Of a stretch of 64,000 nt of DNA, positions 40,226 through 50,452 are shown piece after piece. The position numbers and the translations under genes are program-made. Source of the stretch: Gemmatimonadota bacterium (lineage in GTDB: Bacteria; Gemmatimonadota; Gemmatimonadetes; Palauibacterales; Palauibacteraceae); contig OZ220691.1 of assembly GCA_965116475.1 (NCBI GenBank), forward strand, positions 2,048,001-2,112,000. Reading direction: 5' to 3'. The notes under the pieces were generated by a model, which did not search any database, was not told the DNA's origin, and worked only from the letters and a program-made list of their open reading frames with translations. Within the stretch, counting starts at the first letter, position 1. Each line of letters begins with the position of its first letter.

Positions 40226-41544
40226 ACGGAAGTGGCGAGGGCATCGGCGATTTGCTCCATCTCCGCCATCGTGTTGTACATGTGCGGGCAGAGACGGATG
40301 CCCGGGAACACCCCCCGGCGGAGCGCTCCCGCGACGCCGTGTTCCTCGTAGATCCGGTTGTAGATCTCCGTGTGGTCGTCGACCCCCAGCTCGGCGATGA
40401 CCACGCCGCCGCCGAGGCCCGGCACGTCGGACGTGTGGAACTTCACGCCGGGGATCCGTTCGCGGATCGCCGACTTGAGCCCCGTCGCGAGGGCGCGCAT
40501 GCGGGCCTCGATCGCCGCCGCCCCGATCGCCTCGTGGAACTCCACCGTCGTCCCCACGCCCGCCACCGCCGCGTCGTCGCGCTGGCCGTACGTGCCGAAC
40601 TTGTCGGCTCCGCCTCCGGCGACCGCGCCCTCCCAGCCCACGCCGACGTCGCTCGGCCACAGCTCCGCGACCCGGTCGGCCCGAACGTAGAGGACTCCGG
40701 CTTCCTTCGGCCCGCAGAACCACTTGTGGGCGCTCCCGGTGTACGAGTCGCAGCCCATGGCGTGGAGGTCGACTTCCACCGCGCCGAAGCTCTGCGCCCC
40801 GTCCATGTGCACGTAGATGCCGCGGTCGCGCGCGATGCGGCACAGGCGCCGCGCCGGCAGTTCGACCCCCGAGATGTTCGAGATCTGCGTCACCGCGAGG
40901 ACGCGGGTCCGGTCGGTGAACGCGCTCACGAAGGCGTCGATCAGTTCGTCCTCCGTCTCGGGCGCCGGCGGCGTCGTTACGCGGATCACCTTGTAGCCCC
41001 AGCGGTCGGCGCGGACATCCCACGCCACGTTGTTCGTGGGATGGTTCTGGTCCCACAGCACGACCTCGTCTCCCGCGCCCAGCGTGAGCCCGTTGATGAC
41101 GGTGTTGTTGCTTTCGGAGGTGTTGCGGGTGATGACGATCTCCTCGGGCGAGGCGCCCAGCAGCCGCGCGAGCGCCTCCACGGACTCGGCGGCGAGCGCG
41201 TTGAACTTGGCCCGGTTGTGGAACGAGGCGTCCCGGTCGATGTCGCGCGTGTAGCCGAACACCGCCTCCTGCACCGACCAGGGCGAGGGGCAGAGGTTCG
41301 CCGCGTTCACCAGGATGAGTCCGGGGCGGAGCGGGAACTGGGACTTCACCATCTCCCAGAAGGACTCGTCCTCCGTCCCCATGAAGTCTCGCCGCGCCGA
41401 CAGTTCCCCCAGGCCGAGACCGGGCTTCGATGGCGCCCGCGTCCAGGCCGGGGTTGCCGCGAGGGCGGCTCCCGCCGCGGCGCGCTTGAGGAACCGGCGG
41501 CGGTCGGGCATGCGGGTCGCGTCGGTGGGCGTGCGAGTCGTCAC
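40222..41544 (-). CDS. Class V PLP aminotransferase / isopenicillin N epimerase-like, Tat signal
   Basis: GGAGG RBS plus GTG; DRRRFLK; NTSE, HPTN, DGAQ, SAHKW. Confidence 0.85.
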   Translation of the reverse strand: MTTRTPTDATRMPDRRRFLKRAAAGAALAATPAWTRAPSKPGLGLGELSARRDFMGTEDESFWEMVKSQFPLRPGLILVNAANLCPSPWSVQEAVFGYTRDIDRDASFHNRAKFNALAAESVEALARLLGASPEEIVITRNTSESNNTVINGLTLGAGDEVVLWDQNHPTNNVAWDVRADRWGYKVIRVTTPPAPETEDELIDAFVSAFTDRTRVLAVTQISNISGVELPARRLCRIARDRGIYVHMDGAQSFGAVEVDLHAMGCDSYTGSAHKWFCGPKEAGVLYVRADRVAELWPSDVGVGWEGAVAGGGADKFGTYGQRDDAAVAGVGTTVEFHEAIGAAAIEARMRALATGLKSAIRERIPGVKFHTSDVPGLGGGVVIAELGVDDHTEIYNRIYEEHGVAGALRRGVFPGIRLCPHMYNTMAEMEQIADALATSV

Positions 41545-41728
41545 GGAAACCTCCCGTCCTGTGGGCCGCCGCATCCCGCGCGATGGCCGCGGTCGTTCAC
41601 TGACGCAACATAAGACGCGCAACTTCGGGCGGCATGGGGGGGCGCGCCGCCACTCACGCGGTCTATGCACGCGGCGAGGCACATCCCATGTTCCAAAGAC
41701 CCGGCGCTCATCAACCCAGGAGGTACCC

Positions 41729-43867
41729 ATGGACACGCGCGCCCCCGTCTCCCCCCGCGTCTCCCTCCGAGGCTTCTTCCGGAGCAGCCTCTTCCGGAAT
41801 CTCGCCCCCCTCGCGGCGCTGTTCGCACTTGGCGCAGCCGGCAGCCTCGCCCTCCCCGGCTCGACGCTCGTCGCGCAGCAAGCGAACGGCGCCCTCGCGC
41901 TCGAGTCCTGGCTCGACTGGGAGCGGGTCCAGGATCCGCGGATCTCGCCGGATGGCGGCTCCGTGGTATACGAAAGTCTGTGGGTCGACAAGATGAACGA
42001 CGCGTGGGAGTCGTCGATCTGGATCGTGAATTCGGACGGCAGCCGCCCGCGCCACCTCGTCAACGGGTCCTCGCCGCGCTGGTCTCCCGACGGCAGCCGG
42101 CTCGCGTTCCTCGCGCCCGACGACGAGGGGAACACGCAGATCTTCGTCCGCTGGATGGATGCCGAGGGCGCTGTCTCCCAGGTCACGCGGCTTACGGACA
42201 GCCCGTCGAACATCGCCTGGTCTCCCGACGGGACGCGCTTCTCGTTCACGATGCGGGTGGGGGCGGAGCAGCCGACGGCGCGGCACTGGTCCCTCTCGCT
42301 CCCCAAGCCGGAAGGGGCGACGTGGACGCCGGGGCCCCGGATCATCGAGCGCCTCGTTTACCGGCAGGACCGCATCGGATTCCTGGGCGACAAGTACCAG
42401 CACATCTTCGTCGTCCCCGCCGAGGGCGGTACCGCGCGCCAGCTCACCGAGGGCGACTTCAATTTCGGCGTCCCCGTCTGGGAACCCGGCGGAGGGTCGC
42501 TCCTCTTCAGCAGTCTCGTCGCGGAAGACGCGGTGTACCGGTGGCAGGAGACCGAAATCTACCGGCTCGACGCGGCGTCCGGCGAACTGAGCCAGGTCAC
42601 GACGCGCAAGGGTCCGGACAACCGGCCGGTGCCGTCTCCGGACGGGCGCATGATCGCCTATGTGGGGCACGACACGACGACGTTCGACTACATCGAGTCC
42701 GCCGTCTACGTGATGAACGCGGATGGGTCGAATCCGCGCGCCCTGACGGCCGAGATGGACCGCAGTCCGGGGGCGCTGCACTGGGCCCCGGACGGCGGCG
42801 GCGTCTACTTCGACGCTTCGGCGGACGGCTATCGCAACATCCACTACGCCTCGGTGGACGGAGACGTGCGGGCTATGACCGAGGGCCCGCAGATGTTCGG
42901 CATCAACGATGTGAGCGGCGGCGGCATGGCGGTCGGGATGTGGGGCGATGCGCACGAACCCGGCGACATCTACGCCTTCCCCGTGGACCGGCCCGACCGG
43001 CGCACGAGGCTGACGGATGTGAACGCCGACGTGCTCGCGGGCGTGACGCTGGGCGAGGTCGAGCAGGTGTGGAGCGAGTCCTCCCACGACGGACTCCCGA
43101 TTCACGGCTGGGTCATCAAGCCCCCGGACTTCGACGCGTCGCGGCAGTATCCGCTCATCCTCGTGATCCACGGCGGCCCGCACGGCATGTACAACGGGGG
43201 GTTCAACTTCTCGTGGCAGGAGCACGCCGCGAACGGCTACGTCGTCCTCTACACGAACCCGCGCGGAAGCTCCGGCTACGGGACGGAGTTCGGGAACGCG
43301 ATCCAGTACGACTACCCGAACCACGACTTCGACGACCTCATGTCGAGCGTGGACGAGGTCATCTCACGCGGCTACGTGGATGACGACAATATGTTCGTCT
43401 ACGGGTGCTCGGGCGGAGGCGTCCTCACATCGTGGGTCGTCGGGCACACGGACCGCTTCCGGGCCGCGTCGGCGAACTGTCCGGTCGTGAACTGGTTCAA
43501 CTTCCCGAACGAGGTCGACGGCAACTACCTCCGCTGGTACGCGGACTTCCGGGAGTTCCCCTGGGTGGACCCGAGCGAGCACATCCGCCGCTCGCCGATC
43601 ACCTACGTGGGCAACGTGACGACGCCGACGATGCTGATGACCGGCGTCCTCGACCTGCGGACCCCGATGTCGCAGACGGAGCAGTTCTACCAGGCGCTCA
43701 AGGCGCAGAACAAGCCGACGGCGATGGTCCAGTTCGAGGGCGAGTGGCACGGCACGTCGCGCCTGCCGTCCAACTTCCTGCGCACGCAACTCATCCTCAG
43801 GAAGTGGTTCGAGCGCTGGGGCACGCACGACGACGACCGCACCGCCGCCACCCAGGCCGGGTCGTAG
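41729..43867 (+). CDS. S9 family (acylaminoacyl/dipeptidyl) peptidase, exported
   Basis: AGGAGG RBS; WSPDG propeller repeats; IHGGPH, GCSGGG nucleophile, DLRT, EWH. Confidence 0.92.
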   Translation: MDTRAPVSPRVSLRGFFRSSLFRNLAPLAALFALGAAGSLALPGSTLVAQQANGALALESWLDWERVQDPRISPDGGSVVYESLWVDKMNDAWESSIWIVNSDGSRPRHLVNGSSPRWSPDGSRLAFLAPDDEGNTQIFVRWMDAEGAVSQVTRLTDSPSNIAWSPDGTRFSFTMRVGAEQPTARHWSLSLPKPEGATWTPGPRIIERLVYRQDRIGFLGDKYQHIFVVPAEGGTARQLTEGDFNFGVPVWEPGGGSLLFSSLVAEDAVYRWQETEIYRLDAASGELSQVTTRKGPDNRPVPSPDGRMIAYVGHDTTTFDYIESAVYVMNADGSNPRALTAEMDRSPGALHWAPDGGGVYFDASADGYRNIHYASVDGDVRAMTEGPQMFGINDVSGGGMAVGMWGDAHEPGDIYAFPVDRPDRRTRLTDVNADVLAGVTLGEVEQVWSESSHDGLPIHGWVIKPPDFDASRQYPLILVIHGGPHGMYNGGFNFSWQEHAANGYVVLYTNPRGSSGYGTEFGNAIQYDYPNHDFDDLMSSVDEVISRGYVDDDNMFVYGCSGGGVLTSWVVGHTDRFRAASANCPVVNWFNFPNEVDGNYLRWYADFREFPWVDPSEHIRRSPITYVGNVTTPTMLMTGVLDLRTPMSQTEQFYQALKAQNKPTAMVQFEGEWHGTSRLPSNFLRTQLILRKWFERWGTHDDDRTAATQAGS

Positions 43868-43924
43868 CGTCGCACCCGGAAGACTGGCGTGGTCGCGCTG
43901 CGTCAGGACGCTTCGGGTTGCCGC

Positions 43925-43961
43925 TTGTATGTAGGTAAAAATGCGGCTATTTTACCCACAT
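43925..43961 (+). promoter_or_regulatory. Promoter for a probably leaderless transcript, overlapped by an inverted repeat
   Basis: TTGTAT (43925-30), 17 nt, TATTTT (43948-53), ATG at 43960. Dyad ATGT-A-GGTAAAA-N9-TTTTACC-C-ACAT at 43929-43961. Confidence 0.55.
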
Positions 43962-45126
43962 GTACGAAAGAATGTTGCATCCTCATCTGCGGTCCACGCG
44001 TCGCAGCGCCCTCGTGCTGGGGCCGCGACAGGTGGGGAAGTCCACCCTCCTGTCCTCGCTCGAGCCTGATCTTTCGCTGAATCTCGCGAACCCGCGAACC
44101 TTCCGGGATTACGCGGCGCACCCCGAGCGATTGCAGCGGGAACTCGACGCGGCGGCTCCGGCCGTGAAGACGGTCTTTCTCGATGAAGTGCAGAGGATAC
44201 CCGCTCTGCTCGATGCGGTGCAGGTCTGCCTCGATGACAAGCCTGGCCGCTTCCGGTTTCTGCTCTCGGGATCGAGCGCGCGCAAACTCCGTCGGGGGCA
44301 GGCGAACCTCCTGCCGGGACGCGTCCACGTGCATCACCTGCACCCGCTTCTCGTTGCGGAACTCGGACGGGACTTCGATCTCACCCGCGTCCTCGCCCAC
44401 GGGACGCTGCCGGGCATCTACTCCGAAGGCGACCCCGCGACCCGCGCCGCCGATTTGCGCAGTTACACGGACACCTATCTCCGGGAGGAAATCCAGGCGG
44501 AAGCGCTGGTACGAAACATCGGCGGCTTTGCGCGGCTGCTGGATCTGATGGCCGCCGCGTCGGGCCGCATCCTCAACGTGCAGGCGCTGTGCCGGGACGC
44601 GGGTCTCGGGTACGAGACGGCGCGGCGATACGTCGATGTCCTGGAGGACACGCTCGTGATGTTCCGGGTGCCGGCATGGAGCGGGCGACGCGGGTCGAGC
44701 CGCGCGAGTTTCGTCCGGCACGCGAAACTCTTCTTCTTTGATCCGGGAGTGCGCAACGCGTTGCTTCGGCGGCCGCTGGATGCGCCGCTTCCCGACGAGC
44801 GCGGCATTCTGCTTGAACACCTGATCGCCTGCGAGCTGTACCGAAGGCTGGGGACGCTCTGGCCGGAGGCCGCGCTCTACCACTACCGGACCCGGCACGG
44901 CGCCGAGGTGGATTTCGTGCTGGAGGTCGGGCGTGAGGTGTGGGGGATCGAGGTCAAGGCGAGCCGCCGAGTGAGCCGGCGCGCGCTGAGTGGCCTGTCA
45001 TCGCTCGCCGACCGCTGCGACCGCCTCGCGCGCCGCATCGTCGTGTTCCTCGGTGAGCGCCCGCAGCGGCTCGACGGCGCGGACGTGCTCCCGCTCGAGC
45101 ACTTCCTCGGGCAACTCCCAAACTGA
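43960..45126 (+). CDS. AAA_14 ATPase with DUF4143 / PD-(D/E)xK-like C-terminus
   Basis: GPRQVGKST, FLDEVQ, LSGSS, LPGR, K.FF.D.G, EVDFV...IEVK. Confidence 0.88.
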   Translation: MYERMLHPHLRSTRRSALVLGPRQVGKSTLLSSLEPDLSLNLANPRTFRDYAAHPERLQRELDAAAPAVKTVFLDEVQRIPALLDAVQVCLDDKPGRFRFLLSGSSARKLRRGQANLLPGRVHVHHLHPLLVAELGRDFDLTRVLAHGTLPGIYSEGDPATRAADLRSYTDTYLREEIQAEALVRNIGGFARLLDLMAAASGRILNVQALCRDAGLGYETARRYVDVLEDTLVMFRVPAWSGRRGSSRASFVRHAKLFFFDPGVRNALLRRPLDAPLPDERGILLEHLIACELYRRLGTLWPEAALYHYRTRHGAEVDFVLEVGREVWGIEVKASRRVSRRALSGLSSLADRCDRLARRIVVFLGERPQRLDGADVLPLEHFLGQLPN

Positions 45127-45142
45127 AAGCGTTCCCCGGCCC

Positions 45143-48100
45143 TCAGGGCAGGAAAGCGGTTTCGGAGAGGATCTCGTCGAGACCTGAGATCAGGAGATCG
45201 GCGTCGCCCTCGGAGAAGACGAGCGGGGGCTTCATCTTGATCACGTTGTGGTCCGGGCCGTCCGTGCTGAGGAGGATCCCCCTGTCCCGCATCCGCTGGA
45301 CGGCGGCGTCGGCGAGGTCGGCGGCCGGCGCCAGATCGTCGCCCTCCCGCACGAACTCGATGCCGGTGAACAGGCCGCGGCCGCGGGCGTCGCCCACCGG
45401 GGCGTGACGGTCGCGGAGGTATTTGAGGCCGGCCAGCAGGCGCGCCCCGACCCTCGCCGCATTCTCCCGTAACCCTTCTTCCTCGATCACATCCAGGACG
45501 GCGAGGCCGATGGCGCAGGAGACGGGGTTCCCGCCGTAGGTGTTGAAGTACTCCATCCCGTTGGCGAAGGACTCGGCGATCTCGCGCGTGGTGACGACCG
45601 CGGCGAGCGGGTGGCCGTTCCCGATCGGCTTGCCGAGGGTGACGATGTCGGGGACGACGCCGTGCTCCTCGAAGGCCCAGAAGTGCGACCCCACGCGGCC
45701 GAAGCCGACCTGTACCTCATCGGCCACGCACACGGCGCCGTGCTCGCGGGCCGCCGCGTAGGAAGCCGCGACGTATCCGGCCGGGAGCGGGATCTGGCCG
45801 CCGCAACTGAGGATCGACTCGTGGAAGAAGGCGGCCGCGCCGGGTGGGCGGTCCCCGAACCAGGTGGGCTCCGTCTCGAGCGCCCGCGCCGCCTCGCCGA
45901 CGCAGGCCGCGTAGAGCGGTGCGATCTCGTGGTCGGGCCCGCGGTGGAGACCGCGGAAACGGTCCGGCATCGGCGCCATGCGAACCCAGGGGCGGAGCCC
46001 TTTCCCGCCGGAGCCGTTGAACTTGTAGGGGCTCAGGTTGACGACCGAACTCGAGTTCCCGTGGTACGCCCCGTCGAGGACGACTGCGCCCACCTTGCCG
46101 GTGTGCGTCCGCGCCATGCGCAGGGCGAGTTCGTTGGCCTCGGTGCCGGAGCAGACGAGGAAGCACACGTCGAGCGGGGCCGGGAAGAGGGCCGTCAGCC
46201 GCCCGGTGTATTCGAGGATGGTCTCGTGCAGGTAGCGCGTGTTCGTGTTGAGGGCGGCCATCTGGCGGCGCGCCGCCTCGTTCACGCGCGGGTGCGAGTG
46301 TCCCACGTGGGCGACGTTGTTCACGCAGTCGAGGAAGGGCTGGCCGTCGATGTCATAGAGCCATGCGCCCCGCCCCCTGACGATGTGAAGGGGTCGCCGG
46401 TATGAGAGGCTCAGCGAGGGCCCCAGCCGGCGGTTCCGATCCTCGACCAGGGCGGCGTGGCTGCGCGGTCGCGGGGCCGCCGCCTCGCCCGGGAGGCGGA
46501 GCAGGTGGTTCGGGTCGGGGCTCACGGCCGTCCACAGGCCGCGGGCGCTCGGGGCGGCGACCCCCGGGAAGGTTCCCTCGTAGTCCAGGGGATCGACAAA
46601 AACCTGGAAGTGAAGGTGCGGGGCCCAGTCGCCGTTGGCCGGCGGGGCCCCGATCCAGCCGATCGTGCCGCCCGCCTCCACGATCTCGCCGGGGGCGACG
46701 TTCGGCAGGGATTCGGGCGACAAGTGCCCGAACAGCGTCCGAAATCGCACGGGTCCGTCGACGTCACCCGCCGGGTCCTCGAGTTCGTGTTCGAGGATGA
46801 TCGTGGGGCCGTAGTCCAGGCGGTCGGCGTTGTCGCGCACGGAGACGACGCGACCGCCGAGCGGCGCGAGGACGGGCATCCCCGGCTCCGCGAACAGGTC
46901 GACGCCGAGGTGAACGGTCCGCCACTCGTCCATCTCGTTGCCCGGCGCGCGGAAGGCTTCGCCCGTGTACCACCAGCGCACCTCGTCGTAGCGCCCGATG
47001 CCCACCGCCGCGCCCGCGTCGCGCATTTGGTCGAACAGTCGTTGCGAGAACGCCGCATGATCCGTGGGATCGAAGGTTCCGCCGTCGTCCCCCGACTCGA
47101 CGCTCAGGTCCAGCGTCACGGTGGGCGCCGCGCGGGGGTCCGGATCTAGCACGGGCGCCGCTTGCGGGGCGGCGCGCTCCAGTGCCGCGATGACCCCGGC
47201 GGTCGAGGGACAGGGCGCGTGCCCGCAAGCCTCCCGCAGCCGGTAGCGCCCGAGGTTCGCGGGCGTGGCGTGCAGCCGCTCGAGCACCTCCCAGGCGGGG
47301 GCCTGGCTCACGAGCAGGTACTCGTTGTCCGGCTCCTGGGCGCCCCGGACGGACGAAATGGTCACGCTCAGGGCGAGCCGCAGCCGCGCCAGTTCGTAGA
47401 GGACGTCCGCTTCCGCCTCCACGACCTCGTGCTCCGCGACGTAGCCCCGCGCCACATCGCAGAAGGCGGCCACCGGATCGCGCGTCCCGAACCCGGCGTA
47501 GGCGCAGGCCACGGCGAGGTTCGCCACCGTCCACGAGCGGACCGTGTCGCCGAAGTCCACCATGCCCACGACGTGCGGCGCTCCGTGCTTCATCCGCCCC
47601 GGATCCACGTGGATGTTGGCCGGGTTCGCGTCGTTGTAGATCAGGCTCTCGCGCAACTCGCGGGCCCGCGGTCGCACGACCGCCGCGTATCGCTCGAGGA
47701 CTCGGGCGACCACTTTGCGCCGGCCCGGTTCCCGGATCGCGCCCAGGTTTTCCGCGATGAGCGAGGCGGCGCCGCGAAGATCCCAGATCATCGGACGGTC
47801 CGCGCCCGCCAGCCGCGACGAGGAACGGTCGAGGATCCCGGCGAGGCGTCCGATCTGCCGGCGCAGCTCGGGTCCGTGCGGCCGGAAACCGTCCAGCGGA
47901 ATGCCCGGGACCGGTTCCAGGAAGCGGGCGAAGTGGGTGCGCCCGCCGATCGCGTGCTCGACGAGACCCACGCCCGCCGACGTACCCGCGGACGCCGGGG
48001 CCTCGCCGTTGTTCGCCCTGTCGCTCCTCGCGGCGGGGCGCCAGTGCGGAAGCGCGAAGCAGGCCTGGGACTCCGAGAGGGCCGCAAGCAGGGCCGCTTC

Positions 48101-48367
48101 CTCCTCGAGCACCGCGCGGTCTTCGAGCGCGTTCGAAACCTTCAGGTATCCGCGGACTCCGGACCCGCGGGAAGTCTCGCGCGAGGGAGGGGGCGAGGCA
48201 GGGTCCGAAATCTCGAACACGCGATCCCGCTCACTCGCGCATTCGCGGGCTTGTCCGTCCACGCCCCAGTGGGCCTGGACGAGCTGCGCCGCTGCTTCCT
48301 CCGAGAGCGATGGCCTCCCGGCCGCATATCCGGCGTCGAGCGTTTCCATGATGGGCGAAGCTCCCAC
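45143..48367 (-). CDS. Fusion: APH/hydroxylysine kinase-like + M23 peptidase-like + class III PLP enzyme (phospho-lyase-like)
   Basis: YNDANPANI and DFGD kinase motifs; HLGVD and PHLHFQ M23 motifs; [32 protein letters not shown] motifs. Start uncertain. Confidence 0.85.
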   Translation of the reverse strand: MGASPIMETLDAGYAAGRPSLSEEAAAQLVQAHWGVDGQARECASERDRVFEISDPASPPPSRETSRGSGVRGYLKVSNALEDRAVLEEEAALLAALSESQACFALPHWRPAARSDRANNGEAPASAGTSAGVGLVEHAIGGRTHFARFLEPVPGIPLDGFRPHGPELRRQIGRLAGILDRSSSRLAGADRPMIWDLRGAASLIAENLGAIREPGRRKVVARVLERYAAVVRPRARELRESLIYNDANPANIHVDPGRMKHGAPHVVGMVDFGDTVRSWTVANLAVACAYAGFGTRDPVAAFCDVARGYVAEHEVVEAEADVLYELARLRLALSVTISSVRGAQEPDNEYLLVSQAPAWEVLERLHATPANLGRYRLREACGHAPCPSTAGVIAALERAAPQAAPVLDPDPRAAPTVTLDLSVESGDDGGTFDPTDHAAFSQRLFDQMRDAGAAVGIGRYDEVRWWYTGEAFRAPGNEMDEWRTVHLGVDLFAEPGMPVLAPLGGRVVSVRDNADRLDYGPTIILEHELEDPAGDVDGPVRFRTLFGHLSPESLPNVAPGEIVEAGGTIGWIGAPPANGDWAPHLHFQVFVDPLDYEGTFPGVAAPSARGLWTAVSPDPNHLLRLPGEAAAPRPRSHAALVEDRNRRLGPSLSLSYRRPLHIVRGRGAWLYDIDGQPFLDCVNNVAHVGHSHPRVNEAARRQMAALNTNTRYLHETILEYTGRLTALFPAPLDVCFLVCSGTEANELALRMARTHTGKVGAVVLDGAYHGNSSSVVNLSPYKFNGSGGKGLRPWVRMAPMPDRFRGLHRGPDHEIAPLYAACVGEAARALETEPTWFGDRPPGAAAFFHESILSCGGQIPLPAGYVAASYAAAREHGAVCVADEVQVGFGRVGSHFWAFEEHGVVPDIVTLGKPIGNGHPLAAVVTTREIAESFANGMEYFNTYGGNPVSCAIGLAVLDVIEEEGLRENAARVGARLLAGLKYLRDRHAPVGDARGRGLFTGIEFVREGDDLAPAADLADAAVQRMRDRGILLSTDGPDHNVIKMKPPLVFSEGDADLLISGLDEILSETAFLP

Positions 48368-48399
48368 CCGGCAAAGGTTCGGTCAACCACGCTGCGCTG

Positions 48400-48436
48400 T
48401 TGCCGCGTATTGCCGCGTATTGCCGCTTATTGCCGC
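48400..48436. repeat. 10-bp tandem repeat (TTGCCGCGTA) x3.7 in a divergent intergenic region
   Basis: Read directly. Confidence 0.85.
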
Positions 48437-48514
48437 CCGCGCCGGTCGAAACGAGCTTTCGATCCCGGTTCGATCGCCTGGTCGCACGATCGCTTTGCCA
48501 CATGGAGGAGAATC

Positions 48515-50452
48515 ATGTCGCTCCGCTTTGGGCTCATCGCTTCCACCTTCGTCCTGGGTGTCGCGGGCTCGCCGGCCGTCCACGCGCAGGAGCGGGTGTA
48601 CGCGGTCGCTTCGCCGGCTGAGCTGGAACTCGAGGTCGGGGCGTCCTACCAGCTCACCGCGGAGATCCAGGGAACCGCGGACGAAGGCGCCGCCTCGGAG
48701 GTGCGCTGGTTCGCGGCGGACGACGGCGTGACGGTAACGGACGACGGCATCGTGACGGCGGTGCGGTCGGGCGAGTCGCGCGTGGCGGCGATGTTCCGCG
48801 GCCAGCCGAGTTGGGTGACGATCCGCGTGCCCCGGCTCGAGCCCGCCCGCATCGAGGCCCGCGTGGTCGGTCCCGTCCATGCGGGCGCGACCGCGGCCCT
48901 GCACCTCGCGGCCTACACGGAACCGGGCGACGCGGTGGACGACGCCGAGTTCACGTTCGCCTCCGCCGACCCGGGCGTCGCGACGGTGGATGTGGCCGGA
49001 CGCGTGCTCGGCCACGCGCCGGGGCAGACCGTCATCACCGTCTCCGCGGGAGATGCCTCGACCCGAATCGACGTGACCGTCGAGCCGAACACCGCCGAGG
49101 AATACGAACTGGTGGCTGCCGGCGATGTGAACGCGCTTTCGACGGGAGATGTCGCGGCCTTCCGGCTGGCGGGCCGCGACGCCGGGGGCGGCGAGATCCC
49201 TCTCGCGCCGCTGTGGAGCGTGACGCCGAGCGGGGCGAGCGTCGAACCCGTCGACGGACGTGGGCTCTTCGTGGCGGAGGAGCCCGGCACCTACCACGTG
49301 ACCGCGGTCGCGGGCCCGGCCATCGCCCGCACTGTTTCCGTCCGCGTCGGCCGCCGCCGCCACACGGCGCGGCTCGAACTCGTGGGGAGCGGGATCACGT
49401 CCACGCACCGGGCCGGCGACACCTGGGTGTTCGAGGGCGTGGACGGACGCGACTACGCCTATCTCGGCACCTTCTACCACGACTGGATGAAGGTGTGGGA
49501 CGTGACGGATCCCGCGCAGCCCGTCCTCACCGACTCGATCCAGCTCGATGCCCGCCGCATCAACGACGTGAAGATCCACCCGAACAACCGCCTCGGGATC
49601 GTCACCCGCGAGGGAGCCTCGAGCCGGCGCAACGGGATCGTCCTCCTCGACCTCTCGAATCCCGCCCACCCGGAGATCCTCTCCGAGTACACGGACACGG
49701 TGACGGGGGGTGTGCACAACGTGTGGATCCTGGGGGACGAGGACCTCGTCTACGCCTGCCACAACGGGACGAGCGAGATCGTCATCATCGACATCTCCGA
49801 TCCGGCGAACCCGCGCGAGATCAACCGCTGGGCGCACGACGAACCGGTCCGCAGCCTGCACGACGTGATCGTCCAGGACGGGTACGCTTACGCATCGTTC
49901 TGGAACGAGGGCATCTACATCCTCGATGCGGGAGCGGGCACGCACGGGGGCACGGCCCGCGATCCGAAGCTCGTCTCGCGGTGGGTGTCCGGGCAGGGGA
50001 ACACGCACGTCGCCTGGCGTCACGGCAAGTACCTGTTCGTGGCGGCCGAGATCTATCCGTCCGACTGGGATCCGAACGTGTTGGGCCCCATCGAGGCGCG
50101 GGGCTACGTGGAAGTGCTCGACATGACCGACATGGACGACCCGGTGAAGGTCGCCCACTACACCGTGCCGGAAGCCGGGGCCCACAACCTGTGGAGCGAC
50201 GACCGCGACCGGCTCTACGTCGGCTACTACCAGGCGGGGCTGCGGGTGCTGGACATCTCGGGCGAACTGCGCGGCGACCTCTACCGCCAGGGCCGCGAGA
50301 TCGGCGCGATCAAGACATCGTCGCCGGATGCCGCGGTGCCGAACTGGTCGATGACGTGGGGCGCCCAGCTGTTCAAGGGCCGGATCTTCACCTCCGACCT
50401 CCACTCCGGCCTGTGGATCGCCCGCCTCGTCGAGGAGGAACTCGTCCCATGA
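48515..50452 (+). CDS. Exported protein with Ig-like (Big_2) domains and LVIVD-repeat propeller
   Basis: GGAGGAG RBS; signal ending VHA; F.S.DP.VATVD..G.V Ig motif; repeated IVLLDLSNP / IIDISDP / VLDMTD / VLDISG blades with HN and HD residues. Confidence 0.82.
   Translation: MSLRFGLIASTFVLGVAGSPAVHAQERVYAVASPAELELEVGASYQLTAEIQGTADEGAASEVRWFAADDGVTVTDDGIVTAVRSGESRVAAMFRGQPSWVTIRVPRLEPARIEARVVGPVHAGATAALHLAAYTEPGDAVDDAEFTFASADPGVATVDVAGRVLGHAPGQTVITVSAGDASTRIDVTVEPNTAEEYELVAAGDVNALSTGDVAAFRLAGRDAGGGEIPLAPLWSVTPSGASVEPVDGRGLFVAEEPGTYHVTAVAGPAIARTVSVRVGRRRHTARLELVGSGITSTHRAGDTWVFEGVDGRDYAYLGTFYHDWMKVWDVTDPAQPVLTDSIQLDARRINDVKIHPNNRLGIVTREGASSRRNGIVLLDLSNPAHPEILSEYTDTVTGGVHNVWILGDEDLVYACHNGTSEIVIIDISDPANPREINRWAHDEPVRSLHDVIVQDGYAYASFWNEGIYILDAGAGTHGGTARDPKLVSRWVSGQGNTHVAWRHGKYLFVAAEIYPSDWDPNVLGPIEARGYVEVLDMTDMDDPVKVAHYTVPEAGAHNLWSDDRDRLYVGYYQAGLRVLDISGELRGDLYRQGREIGAIKTSSPDAAVPNWSMTWGAQLFKGRIFTSDLHSGLWIARLVEEELVP

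Noticed and set aside
47162..48514. Long N-terminal extensions in the ORF track (47162, 41315, 37874, 48811, 53303, 18493, 42345 starts)
   Set aside because: They overlap other real genes; internal starts with an RBS, signal peptide or stop/start coupling fit better.
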